DNA of 64,000 bases from Balanoglossus misakiensis (taxonomy: Eukaryota > Animalia > Hemichordata): NCBI GenBank assembly GCA_040954595.2, contig CM082597.2, forward strand, positions 3,148,265-3,212,264. The letters are read 5' to 3'. Under the pieces are notes generated by a model. That model saw nothing but the letters and a program-made list of their open reading frames with translations. It was not told where the DNA came from and did no database searches. The position numbers and the translations under genes are program-made. This document shows, one piece after another, positions 30,741 through 44,500 of this stretch (position 1 is the first letter of the stretch; each line of letters opens with the position of its first letter).

Positions 30741-33326
30741 TCATCTAAGCCCAAGTCTCTCCTTCTCTTTCTGTTTCTTCCTGACAGTGTCAATGTTTCT
30801 GTCTGACCAGGTGCTCTTCCGCAGTTTGATTGGTCGGTTGCCCACATATCTTCCTGCGAATCAGAAAAGGTTGAAACATGTTATTTAAGGGACATTGACT
30901 GTTGGGTATGGAGTACTCAAAGCTCTTAACACCCAACACTGTATTTGCCGTTAAGGTCCACGATCTGTAACTTTTAGTTGTTGTTTTTTTCAGTATTTTT
31001 AGGGATGTCTTACTCTTACCATTCATTTCTCGCATGGCTGCTATGAAATCGTTTGGATCGCTGAAACTCACAAAACCAAAACCTTTTGTTTTGTTTGTTC
31101 TTTTGTCTCGTACAACCTGCAAAAAAAATAAAAAAGCATACATTTAGCATAGATCATCAAATGCAATGCACATCTGTATTCATGAAAATTCCTATCAACT
31201 GTGTGCTACAATGATGGCAATGTTAACCTCCCTTACCTTAGCTTTTTTAAATGATGGATACTTTCCAAATACCCTGGTCAGTATTTCATCTGTGACTTCG
31301 TTGCCAAGGTCACCACAGAATATGCGAAAGTCACCTGAAACAAAGTGTAATTAACATTACTATGGATTGAATGAGTTGAGAATATCTCCATGGGCTGACG
31401 TCCACTACCTACACATTCAGGCAACAGTTTAGCCGAGCAAAATAAAATCGTCTTCACTTACTCGGATCCCACTCATTTAAACTCTCATCTTCCCACGTCA
31501 TTCCAGCAGCTGTCCGTATGTATTTCTTGTGCTTCTTTGAGGCTTTCCCTTCTTTTCCTTTGTCGTCCTTGGAAAAGTCAAAGCCCTGCCCCGCAACCGG
31601 GATCTGAGGTCCCTGTACAGTTGATGTGCTGTTGTTTGAGTCCACACTTGATGACGCCATGCCCGTCCTTTCCTCGATGAACTTTGCGATGGGGTCAAAG
31701 GTTGAACTCTGACTTTCTGTCATCACAGGGGTCTCATGCATCTCATTTTTCTGTTGAAGGAAATCATCAGTTGAGTTACTCGTGACAGAACTTGAATATC
31801 AAATCTCACTGAGTCAAATCACTTGTAGCAGTCAATGTAATCCCCGGGGGAGTACACCTATTACTGTCTATGACCAAGTCAAGGACCCTGGTTAAAGGTA
31901 TACGGTCACCTATTCAAATTTAGCTATAGTTACCATGGTAAATTGAGATCTAACCAATCACAGATTTTTAGTGCGTGGCACATGCAAAAAAAGATATGTT
32001 CTTTAGAACCCTCAAATACGCCATTTCAGCCATATATGGGCGTAAGTAAATTGGAGGTGATTGTATACCTTTAAAACCCCAACAAGGAAGAGTCACCCTT
32101 TCTGTGGAATCATGGATGCAGCACTGCAATATGACAGTTCTGTGGAGTCATGAAGCACTGAGATTTGACTGTTCATTTTTCCTACCTGTGAGAATTTCAC
32201 CGGAGCTGCTGAGTACACGGTTGGCGGCTTGGATATGATCGACGGCTGCTGATACATCATAGGTCGCCTGGGGGGCATGTGCATACCCATGGGTGACATG
32301 GACATCATATTCATGTTGCCCCGCTGGTCGGGTGGGGGCATAGGGGGCATCAGTGGCCCGATGGGTTGACCCTGCATCATCTGGTGATGCCCTGGGGGCA
32401 TGTGCATCATGGGTGGGGGTGGGGGAGGGGGTAGATGGTGGGGCTGGTGCGGCCTGACTTGTACTTGGTGGGGTATGAAGGAAGGCGTGGTTGAAATCGG
32501 TATTGTAGGTGTGACTGCAATGAAGAAGAAATTTAAAACGTCAATTGGGATTGGATGCAAGTAAATGGTACACACAGAAATTTAGATGCCATTCTTTTGC
32601 ATTCACTCTGTTTCTACCATACGCAAATTAAACGCACATATGAATTGATTTTATCTTTACGGACCAGTACTCTTGATCGTCACATCAAAGATGAAAATGC
32701 ACACTTTCACTACTGTAGTATGCAATGAACGTGAATAAAACCTCACCTGATGTTGGCAGTGTTGCTTGGATAACTGTTGGTTGCTGTACTGTCTTGACTG
32801 GCATGGTTAATCCCGCAGGGGTAGGCATGCCAGGTATGGACGGACCCAGTATCTCCTGTTCAAACCTGTCAGTGAATGAAAAGAGATGTCAAATTGCTAA
32901 CCTGGGCTAGCCCATCCACAACTTAGTAGGGATACCTAGCATAGAGGCACATACACACTGGATCCCGGTGTGGTGGACGCGATCGCTTTTGCTTTGGTTG
33001 GGTTTGGTAAACACACAGAAAAATCTGAACACGAATACGTCGTTTTACAATATGCACGTATGAAAGCATGTTCTCAATAAATTGCGAACATAACATCCAA
33101 TTAGTATGGGACAGTTCAGTGTTTGCTAAACCGGAAGTGAATTGAGTTCACACTGCCAACAGCAGCGATATTAAGAGTTTGCGAGGACGCATGTAACCAA
33201 AAAACCATAGCATGGTGTATCAGCTCACTCTCTTTTCCCCCTATTGAGTTTTCTCTCAGAGATCGCCTACCTGTTCATCTCAGCTTCCATTTCTTTCCGC
33301 TTTTCGTCCGCTATTAACGACGCCAT
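30741..33326 (-). CDS. RBM42: RNA-binding protein 42
   Basis: EMEAEMNRFEQEI N-terminus, Pro/Met-rich middle, KYIRTAAGMTWEDESLNEWD, RRM DFRIFCGDLGNEVTDE..VRDKRTNKTKGFGFVSF..GRYVGNRPIKLRKSTW, ends RLGLR*. Confidence 0.95.
31892..32074. mobile_element. About 180-bp MITE with TTAA ends (family B, Kolobok-like termini)
   Basis: TTAAAGGTATACGGTCACCT ... AGGTGATTGTATACCTTTAA terminal inverted repeats; a matching end TTAAAGGTATACAGTCAC occurs at 44681. Confidence 0.75.
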
Positions 33327-34552
33327 GTTGATCGTTTGTTGTTCGCTCTCGGTTTGTTTGTTGGTTGGTTGTTGGCTATTGCAGTCGACGCCCTCGCACG
33401 GCAAATTGTAGTATTATTTTGTTTATTCATTGCAAGCTCCTCCAAAGCAGAGTTTATTGTTATAATTTAATGCATATTTCTTTATTAAAATTCTGGCTTT
33501 TCAAGCCATTGTCGTTAAAAAAATATTTGCAAGAAAATTAAAAACATTTATAAAACTTTGATGGACAACTGTTTAGCATTCTATCAACAAATTGAAGCAA
33601 AAGCAGTGACAAGGATAAGACAACTTTACCAATGGCAATGGGAATATTTGTTTGATATCACATCAACTGGTTTTGCCTCCAGAATTCTGCACGTGTTACA
33701 TAACTCACTACTGATCAAAGATTATAACAAAGTTACAGAAGTTTCAATGGATATGTTGATTGATGACAATTGTATTGAAAAATAAAAATTGAAAATTCTA
33801 CTGAGGACAGACTGACAAGTTTCAAAGTGGATACAGACACCAAAACATTCCTTCTAGCAGAGGTTATATCATTTAAAGCCCCATGGGACAACCTCTGCTA
33901 ACGTCATATGACACCAAACCTCAAAGTATTAACACCCTCTAACTAGGACATTTAAAAAGGTACTACATGACCTAAAAAGATACAAAGGACTAGTTATTGT
34001 GACCATGATAAGTAAACTTTGATTTTACACGCTTAAAAAAAGTCCTTATCATGTACACTACATATTCATGATTGCATCTGACAAAATCTGGCAGTGTGAC
34101 AATACTATAGGCTACTCTGTATTGACTTGATTGCCAAATATGGGCAATGTTCTACACTGGTAATTCCATATATGGTATAGGCAGAACTTATACTGTGAAT
34201 AATTATGGCAGTATGTGAATCACAGACAATGATTACATGACTGTATATGGTATTCTGGGTAAAGGCTGAATAATTTACCACCATATATGGTAATAGAAAT
34301 ACCATATAGAGCATTCTAATTAAATCTGAATAATTTATCACCATATTTGGTAAAATCAGGAAGACTGTATCTTCTGGTGCCCCTAGATATGTTAAGAGTT
34401 GAATAATTGTATAAGAAAAGTAGTTTAAGTGACTTTATGTACACCATAGGGTTTTTGATAATGGCGAACATTTTACCCTTTTCTGAATGACAGACTTTGA
34501 CAAATAAAAAATTACAATCAAGCACTGATCCAAAAAATGGTCCACACTTCTT

Positions 34553-37500
34553 CTAAACTCTCCCTGTTGGCTCAGCCTGATAACTTGACCTCTCGTGACC
34601 CACCAGCTGATCCATGTTGTAGGTTGCCATGGAAATGGCCTTCCCAAACTGTTTTGTGTAGTGTTCGATCATCGACACGACTTCATTGTTACTCAGACTT
34701 GTCAAGTCCATTTGTGACCTGGCTCCTGATTGGTCGTCTCTGACATGTGGGCTTTTCCTGCCTTTCTGACCGGCGTGCCTGTCGTCCAATGGCCTCCGGT
34801 CTTTGAAAACACCACCTCTGTCCTGCACTCTCATTGGGTGGTGGGGGTTCATATCCGGGTACTGATTGGCCGAGATGTGCTCCAGTGTCCGGTGCTCTGT
34901 TGCGTTCCCGTACGGCTTGCCGTGGCAGACGAGTCTGTTGATCAGCTCATCTTGGCACAATCTGACAAAGAATTCAAATAAAGATTTCACAGGCCAATTA
35001 ATGGTGGGAATAATTTGACAAAAACCAAACTGCCTCCTATAACCGGCACAGCAGTGAAAGCACACATTTCACGGTCAAATGCTACAAACACACTGACACT
35101 AGATTCGACAACAGCATTACCTGATGCTCTCGTACAGTAGCTTGATATCGTAGCATATCTTCTTCGTTTCCATGGCCAGTCCATGCACATGCTGCCAGGC
35201 ACGTTTGTCCTCCATCAGACACCCTTCCACAACGTTCCGCAGTTCTTTCTCTTGTAACACTTGTGCCTTCATGCTGTCAACTTCACTGGTTGCCTTCAAA
35301 CAGGAGATAATCAAACGTAAAGTTCATGAACTACCCATGGGGGGGGGGGGGACCACTTGCAACACGATCTCTTTCATGATGTTTATGTACTTTATTCTCT
35401 ACATTGCAAATTATTTTTTTGTGTGTGTTGGGCCGTCTAGACATGAAGGGAGAACTCATTCAAGTCGATGTTTATCTGAAAGCCTGCTTGTCTATCGCTA
35501 TTTTGTTGCACGTAATTCAAATACAATTTCACGCAAATTTTTTTGACTCTTTGCGTGCACTGCACGTAAAAAATAAAATATCAAATGCAAGCCCTGGTAT
35601 TACTATGTACAGCCACCACCACCACTATCAACCAACACCACAATCACCACCACCACCACTAATTACATGTACTATAGCTACTACCATTATCACCACCTCA
35701 CTACTTACCTTATGTAACTGTATCGCCATTTCCTGCATCTCGGCTTCCACCTTATCCGCATACGCCTGTTCCAAGTTATCACTGAAGGACCTGGCCTGAC
35801 TGTGCCACCTTGCTATGGCTGAAGTCATTTTCCGTCTGGGCCCAAATAACCTGTAAACGATATTCAAGGATATTTGATTTTTAGGTTTAGTGGATTCAAC
35901 AGAAAAGATCTGAGGCACTGGTTCTGAACACACCCAATATAGGATTCATGAAATTCCACCTGGATTTACGAGCAAAAAAACTTACTTGATTCCAACTTCT
36001 TTCAAGTCGTTATCTGTCAGGGTGAGGAAGATCTTCAAATCCACGTCCTGCTCCACAAAAGTGTGATAATATTTGGATAAGTTCAGACTTTCCAGCAACT
36101 CTGCTAAGTCTTTGAAAGGTGGTGGATCTCCGCCACTCTTTCCCGGCAGGTTCTGGTTGAAGTTTTTACAGTAGGCATCTAGGTTGATTCCCTCTAGAGG
36201 ATTCTGCCTGGCCATGTCGCGATTTTCCACACCGTGTATGTGGTTCATGTCTTTGTTGATATGATCCGTTGGTTTTTCCGGGACTTTGTGATATGGTGGG
36301 TGGCTGCCCTGCCCAGGGGGCGCGTGTTTGGTTGCTGCGACTTGTTTCGTCGCAGTTGTATGTTTTTGCGCCGCAGCTGCAGCAACACTCACTGCAGCAT
36401 CTGTCCGAGAGACCAGTTCCACTGCTGCGGCGGCTTTGGCTGCATCTCTCCTGGTGTCGCTGTCTTCTGCCTTGGCCGGTGCTGCAGCACCCGCAGCATT
36501 GTTTGACTCTCTGTCTCCTGCTGCAGTCGGCTCCGTCGCAGCAGCCGCGCTCAGTTTAGCCGCAGCTTTTTCCAAAGTGGACAGTTCCCCTGCAGCGACC
36601 GCCCCATCCTGGTCCTCGTTGCTGTCGGTACTCAGCTGCTGCAGTCCCAGGGCTGCAGCGAGTCCCCCAGTGCTGCTACAACTGCTGCTGTTGCTCTTGA
36701 TGGTGACTGCGCCTGACACACAGAACGGCGTGCTGTCTTCCTGTTCGTCGCCGCCGGCAACGCCGCGATTTCCACCCAACCTCTCTAACCAGTTATTATC
36801 TGTTGGACAGAACATGGTGTTGTATGAACATAGTGGTATGATCAAGATATGGCTACGTATGGACTCATTGCAGCATTAGTAACTTAATCCTAGTGTTAAA
36901 CTGTCACTTACCTTTGCCTGCTGAACTGTCAAGGTCATGTTCACTGGGACTGATTGGGGAAGTGACATCACGGTGGCGAATGGCATCCTGGGATACCGAA
37001 CCATCATCTTGGAATGTGACATAGCCACTTGGGACCATGGGATCTGCATAGGATGAAAAAACAACAAAACAAAATAAACAAAATTCTTGAATTATTGTCA
37101 CAGAGTAGGGAAAAATGCATTTTTAACAGACAATAACTTGTCATATTTTTTGTAACATTTTGTGTACATACTGTAGTAGTCATTATGTTGGGTAAATACC
37201 TAGGGATTACTCCAAGCAATACGCACTGTCTACACGTCCCTTTATCCATTTAGTATGTTGTCACTGTTTTACTCACTTGAGAAGGCCAACTTGTTGTCGG
37301 TGATGACCTTTGACCTCGACTCGTGCATCAGTCGGGCCAACGCTTCGGGGCCGTCCCGTAAGCTGGGACTGGTGCTGTGTTTGGAGCGCGACCTTTGACT
37401 TCTGCTCGGCGGTCTGGCCGGACGGTGGTAGAACTCTTCGGACGAGCTCAAGTCTTCCTCCACATGCAGACCTGAGTTTGGAAAATAACGTTTTTTTTAT

Positions 37501-39068
37501 TCTACGGAATCACATGCACATTATTTGTGAAAGCTCACACTGACTATCAATACTGTAAAGGATTTTACCATATAATATCTTGACTTACCTGGTTCTGACC
37601 TGAGTGATGTAACAGGCAGTGACTGGTTATCAATAAGACTTACAATCTTCATATGACCATTCAGTAAGGCCAAAGACCTCGCTGTGTCTCCGTTGAAATT
37701 CTTAGTATTGATGTCCAGACCCTGTGTAGAGAAATGTTTTCGAGAGGATATTTACAATAAGATAGCGACGGGTTGCCTTAATGAGAGCTATTTGCCTCTA
37801 CTGCTTCTATTAGCCTGTGCTAATTAATTTAATGTAACATGATGTTGTCTGTACTATTGTTTATACAGAATTTGTATGCTATGACGTATCTGCGATGCGG
37901 TAAATTTACTAACCGAGACTGGCAGCAAACTCAGATAAACCAAACCAAATGCTATATATGGTCATGACTGTTAACTCAACGCCCCTATTTGGTGTGGTAC
38001 TCACATTATTATGCACATGTTGTAGTAAATATTGAATAATGATTTCATGCCCCTCAGCTGCAGCCATCATTAATGCTGTGTTGCCGACAAGTGGCTCCCT
38101 GCAATAATAATAAAAAATTTTTACTTGCAATAAAATTTATGCCAAGAACTACAATTGGACAAGTTGAAAGTGTTTGTTCAATGAACATTGCGATTGTCGT
38201 AATACATTACTTAATTTTGGGGAGGAAAGGATTGTATTACATGTACCTGTGACGAGACTAACCTGTGATTGGCGTTTGATCCGTTGTCCAGGAGAAATTT
38301 CACCATATTCTGGTGGCCTGCATTGGTCGCATGAAACAGCGCTGTCCAGCCACGGCTGTCGGTTGCTTCAATATCAGCATCATTCTGCATAAAATTAAAT
38401 ATGTACCTCCACCATTAATTATCTGTCAAAAGATACTATAATTACCAAAATAATGTCAAAAGTATACAATACACATATGCCCCTTTCACCCCCAGTTCCC
38501 TTTATAGAGGTCCAACTTTACTATAGAAAACAATGGATTTGGACTGAACCATACTGGTGGCAGGGTTAATCATACAACTGGGTGAACTCTACCTACATGA
38601 AGAAGGAAGTAGACGACACTCTCGTTGCCACAGCTGGCTGCCAGCATTAAAGATGTACGTCCTTTGGAGGACTTGATGTTGACATCCACCCCTGCATCTA
38701 GTAGAAGGTTGACGATGTTGTCATGGCCGATGTAACTGGCGTACATCAGTGCTGTCCATCCGCCAATGTTTTTCTTGTTCAGGTCAAGTTCACCACTGAA
38801 AAGATCAAGAAACAGCTATCAGATTTTTTTCTAAAGATGATACACTATATCTGCAGTGAGTTTAAAATCAAACCGTTACATACCCAGCTATGATAGCATG
38901 AACACAGTCATACTGTCCAATGGACGACGCTGTATACAGATCCAGAGGTATCGGATCGAAGACCATCTTTGCTTCCGATGGATTCCAGCCTCCGCGCCAT
39001 CGGGATAAGCTACTATCCAGCAGTTCTGTCTCGCTGGCTTCATCCGATGCCTCGTACGGATAATCCAT
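34553..39068 (-). CDS. ANKS3: Ankyrin repeat and SAM domain-containing protein 3
   Basis: MDYPYEASDEASETELL, PLDLYTASSIGQY, ankyrin repeats (GWTALMYASYIGH, GNTALMMAAAEGH), GPEALARLM, GYVTF, SAM domain FVEQDVDLKIFLTLTDNDLKEVGIKLFGPRRKMTSAIARWHS, coiled coil. Non-coding exon 1 donor near 39786. Confidence 0.93.
38481..38569 (+). mobile_element. MITE family A copy in an ANKS3 intron
   Basis: CCCTTTCACCCCCAGTTCCC...GGACTGAACCAT...AGGGTTAA. Confidence 0.75.
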
Positions 39069-41284
39069 GATGGAATATGTACAAATCACAGCTCAGTTCT
39101 GTTCATCTAAATGCATAAGTACGATGAAAGTCTATAATTCTATAAATGTAGCATAATATTCAAACTGCGGAACTCTAATAAGATAGAGGCAAAGACTGTG
39201 TTCCCAATTATGAGCATACCCAAATCAAATACTTTTGAAATCAAAAATTAAAAATAGTGTCTGCCAGGAACCCAATAAATACTGTATACATTAGATGGTT
39301 ATTAACTTTTTTCAGTTTATTAAACATATTTTGGGGTAGATTTATTTGCTGAGCAGTTTTGGGTTTGATATACAAAAGTAACATGTATCATCCAATCATC
39401 ACTCGCCCCGATCGCCAAATATGGAAACATTAATTAGAATAAATGAATAATCAATATTATCTCACAATCACTATCTTCAAATTTGCATAATTGTACTTTA
39501 TTTTCAGCTCTCACTTCTGATTGGTCGATAAGTGTGTGCGCTAGAACAGGTGTACAACAGAGAACTCGCACTGCCCTTTATTACAATGCAAATTAGCATC
39601 ATTGATTGGTGTTGAGTGGCCAAGGGTGTCGTGCATGGGGGCAGTATTGTCAACAGGCGTTGTAGCCCGATTCAATCAGTGTGATTCCGACGCCTGTGGT
39701 CTCTGTGAGCTCGAGTTGACTTCCGGAAAAGTTGACCGGGAACTCGTTGACAGCTGCGTCAGCTACGCCTCTACCAAGCACTCACCTGCCATCACCGATT
39801 TTCGATGAACGGGGTTTTGCTTCACATGGTTTTCCTGCCTCAGTCAAACCCTATTCAGCAAGATAACCCGGCATATACTATTTTGATAACTGACTAAGAT
39901 GAAATCGACAAGCGCTGCGACAAAGGCGATTCAAACGTCAGATGTGATTTGATACACCTTATGACGTGAAAATGTCTGGTGCACTTATTTCTTGCAATGG
40001 AATCAACTTGAAAATGTACTCTCCGATAGAAACTAGCCACTAGTTGGAATAAAGACGTAAAATCAAACAATTCTTTGGGAATAATAATAATCTTCCATAT
40101 ATCCTAAGGGGGCTGCCATCTTGAATGTTTAGCCTCTTTCAAAACATGAAGACGTCAACGACAAGGTTTTTAAAGAAATACAGAAACAATAAAATGTTCA
40201 TTTATTAGCGTCTTGGAATTCATTTTCAATAATTTTCTTTACAGAATTATGAAGTAAAAAGACAGAGAGGGAAAATATTGTCAGAGCAAGCAGAACGAGG
40301 GTGACCTGAAATTGACAACAGGTCATACCGTTACCCACAATGCTGCAGCCATCCGGGTATTTACTATGGCGGCCAAATTCCTTCATTTCAACTTTTGTTT
40401 CTGATTTCCAGAGTAGCAGCATTTTTACCCGATTCCGTCCAATGTTCCAGGTGCAAGCGAGGTCAAAGGCTAAAGAAGTGTGAAGTGATAAGCACTGGCT
40501 TTATTGCAGTAAGTGTCACTCTCGTTCCCCGAGAAATCAAGAAATTTTCACACTTGTAAATTTCTGTTTACATTTTATGTTCTCGTCGAATCAGTTTCGA
40601 GTTTATGAAATCCAACAGGTGGCCTTCGTCACTCGCTGTGACGATTGCTAATTAACTAAAATGTGTCAATCATTATAAGATTCCCAAGTTGACCAACAGC
40701 GATTCCTATTGCTCCGTGTTACTTTTATGCAAGTTGACGCTGGCCGATTGTCGCGTATCATGACGCTTCGTACATGTCATGATGATGAACGTTATGTCAT
40801 TTCGAGTCAGCTGTCGCACGCGCTGCATCACAATGTCGTCAGCTGAGCAGTTCTTTCAACGAGGCCTCCAGCTACTCAACATTTATGGCACAGTTGTGAA
40901 CATCCGAAATAAAGCAGAATTTATCTGTCACTCGTGTGTCGATGTCATAGATTTTGCAACAGAGCTCAGAATACGATTTCAATACACCAATATAATTAAC
41001 ATAACAATAGTATTTATTTTTATTCAGATTAAACCTTAATCGGCCTAATTACTGTCTTAGGAGAAAACTGATTTACATTATGTTTTACAGGCTGATACAT
41101 GTACAATCACTGCTTTTGGAAACATGTTGTCAAGCAGTCTATAATAAACCCTTGTAAACATCCATATGCTGAGTCATCAGGCAGTTGTTCTCAACAAAAC
41201 AAACTTGTCTTCTCAAACTTTTTTCAGCAGTCGCAGTCTTTGCAAATGAATTAGTATATTGGGGGTGTTGACTTTGGAATAATT

Positions 41285-41425
41285 TTAAGCACATATGATA
41301 CACTACTGACTCAACAAACTCACTGGTGACTCAAAAATAATTCTCCAAATTACATGAATAGGCATTGGGCTGACGCAGATAAATTTTCAGAAATCCTCAA
41401 ATTGACTCAAAGTTTTTAAAAATAA
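41285..41425. mobile_element. Inverted partial copy of MITE family C
   Basis: TGACTCAACAAACTCACTGGTGACTCAA and GAAATCCTCAAATTGACTCAAAG are reverse complements of sequence within 43185-43282. Confidence 0.75.
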
Positions 41426-41508
41426 TATATGTGAAGTTACTCACTTTATTTTCGTGGTTACAATTCTCACCAGGTACATGTAAGAGCCTGATCAAGTACT
41501 TAAACACA

Positions 41509-44500
41509 ATGTCCCAGTCAAGGAAACCTCCCAACAAACCACCATCCGAAGGCAGTAATCACAGTATAGAGTTTGTGGCATTACCCGAAGGCACAGGACT
41601 CAAACCTAAGTTGGATTCCATATTTGCAGAAGTGCAAGCAAGTCTGCCGTCCATAGATTTTGATCTTTCTGATGTGAGTATGAAATGTCTGGTGATTCCA
41701 AACAGTAAATCATGGTACAACTGATCAAGAAATCAGTTGTAAAGAACCCTGATGAAAAGTTACATTATGGTCTCAATATGGCATGTATAAGTGATGAGCT
41801 TTTCTGATTGTGTTAATGTACAGTACAGACCTGAACTTAGTTTCTAACTGGCCTGCATAGATCATAGTAGTACAGGCTACAATGACAAAAGCTATGGAAA
41901 CAACCGTGGCAATTGGGTCAACCAAGTGTTGGCCAAGTATTAGCCAAAAGTACACTCTGTATGTACTGTAGTAGACAACTGTGCAAATTCTAATCATTTT
42001 CAGGCAAGTTCAGATGAAGAAGAGATATCCATCTTCAACCGGTCACTGAAGTCTCCTCCAGCTGAGGTAGATACCCAGAGTGACAGCGATGACTCCTCAG
42101 GAGAACAGACGCCAACCTTGCCTCCGCCGTCAAATGATGACGTTGCAAATTTCTCTCAAAGCTGGTCCGACTTGTTGAATACAGACAAGAATGGACCGGG
42201 AAATACGGCCGGCCAGGAATTCACGCAGACGTGGGGAGACGTGGCCAACACAGGCTCGAAAGAACAGGAAACCCAGAAAGCAAACCATTCTACGAGCAAC
42301 ACCGATGCTTCTACTATCGCAACGCAAACCGAAGAAGACAAGGAATCAATTGACGAGGACAAAGATGATAATGTTCGCGAAAAAGACTTGAAAATCCGGA
42401 CGGATGACAACAAGAACACTACTCAGGGAGAAGCAAAACAGAAAGAAAATCTGTTGAACTCGTCCTTGCTGTATTCGGACTATCTACCGACCCAGACTCC
42501 CTCTTTATCTATGCAAATGATTGATCAGATAGATCTGGATGGCCTCTTGGAAGTGGTTGATCAGGAGAAGGGGTCGTCTGAAGCGGTGCAGGACTCCAAG
42601 GAGTTGGAAAAACTGTTTGATGGAGACGGCGACGGCTTACAGGCAAAGCCTGGTGAGTGGGTCTTGTCACACAGTGGTAAAGCAAACCATACAAGGATAT
42701 TAATTTTCCGATCCAAGGCGTTAAGCCAATGTGATTCAAAAGCAGGGTCCATATGCTGAAGTTCTGGAAGTTGACACCTCTCCTGGGATATTCCTGAAAG
42801 TTTTTGACCTCAGACATTCCAGGAGAAAATCTCATGGAATGTCCCGGAATTTTCTAATAGTATTTATTTTCTTTCATTTACTTTTGGGAATAAACTTATT
42901 ATTATGATTGTCATAATGCTTAATTCCCACAGCAAGTTCTGACAACTCCACCTTGATGGACAAACTGGCACAGCTCTGCTTACAGCAGTCAGGTGGCAAC
43001 ATCACAGCCAACCAGCTTCAGCACACGGTCGAATCAAAGAGGGTCATCAAGCAAGCGTGGGTTGATGATGACACCAAGCCCAAGGCAGCTTCAGGGGATG
43101 CTCCAGCAGGTCAAAGGTGAGAACTGGATCCTGCCAGCTATCCTTGTCAGTCACCAGTGTGCCCTATAACAAATATAACTTTAAAAGCTTTGAGTCAATT
43201 TGAGGATTTCCAAAAATTTCTCTATACCTTTGCATGTAGTGTGGAAAAATTTTCTTGAGTCACCAGTGAGTTTGTTGAGTCATTGGCGCGTCATATAGGC
43301 TTAGAGGGCACACTGCTTTTCACTACCAGGAGCTACTTTGAAATGCTTTGATTTTGAGATTTTGAAAATTAATATAGCGTATGTATGTACATTAAATGTT
43401 TACAGAACAAACTCAGCAAGAGAATCTTCGGTTAGTGGTGATCTGGAAACACACTTGCCGTCCAAAGCAGAGAAACCGGAAGAAAAAGAAACAGTTTTCT
43501 TGGATCTCAGAGACTTTGACCTGAAGAAACAAAAACAGGTGAATTGAATAGAAATGCCTTTTGAAGGAAGGGGGGTGGGGGGGTTGGAGTTCCCGTTAGA
43601 GGAGGAACACTAAATAAATATGTGGCTCTATTTCCATGTTAAATGTATTTTAGATATCATCTATTGTGGTGATAATCCTGGTTTTCCTTTCTTGACTGCA
43701 GGCGGCCGGTGTTGATGCAATACACAGAATCCTCGGCATACAGAAAGACACCAGTGATGATGTTTCGGATGAGGGCAGCGACGACGACATGTCGTCATGG
43801 CACCAGCAGAGACGGCAGATCAGGAACACCATCAGCAGTGGTATGACCCCCACGGATGACATGTGGGGGTCGGGGAATAGACGTGTGGCGTACAAACCTA
43901 CCAGGTGAGGCAAGGGTTGAAGAATTCAGAAAAACAGACAGGGGTTGAGAGGCAGAGAAAGATGGACCTGAAATGATCAATTACTGGTATACCAAAGGAG
44001 ACACCCCTCTTGCCATAATATACAATTTTTTTCGCAAAAGTCAGCGATGATATAACAACACATTACCAGTACTGCAATGCATGTGCATGTGTAATTATCA
44101 TGATGGAAGCAGAACATTTTCAAAACTATGTGCATTTTATTCTTCCACCTTCAGAAAAGTCACGAAGATGCGAAAAAGTGAGCTGTTCAGTCTGCAGAAT
44201 ATAGAACTCACCAACTCCGTCCAAAACAAAGCAGATGAAAATGTAAGTACTCAGACCCATGGCAGATCTAAGATTAATTCTTTCACCGCTGTTGCCCTCT
44301 TTGGAGGTCCAACTTTACCATAGAAAACAATTTCTAACCCTGTCCTGTGTGTCCTCTATCATTGTTCTCGTAGAAAGCTGACACAATTCTAAATATAGAA
44401 CCAGTAAAACCCTCCCAGCCCACACCAACCAAAGAAGAGTCTCTCAAGAAAGACTTGAAGGACAAGGAGAAGCAGCGAGACAAAGAGAAACAGAAAAAAG

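Noticed and set aside
41749-41810. C/D-box snoRNA candidate (TGATGA...GTGATGA..CTGA) in a DNAAF8 intron
   Set aside because: No terminal stem, C'-to-D spacing too short for a guide, and no rRNA complement recognised.
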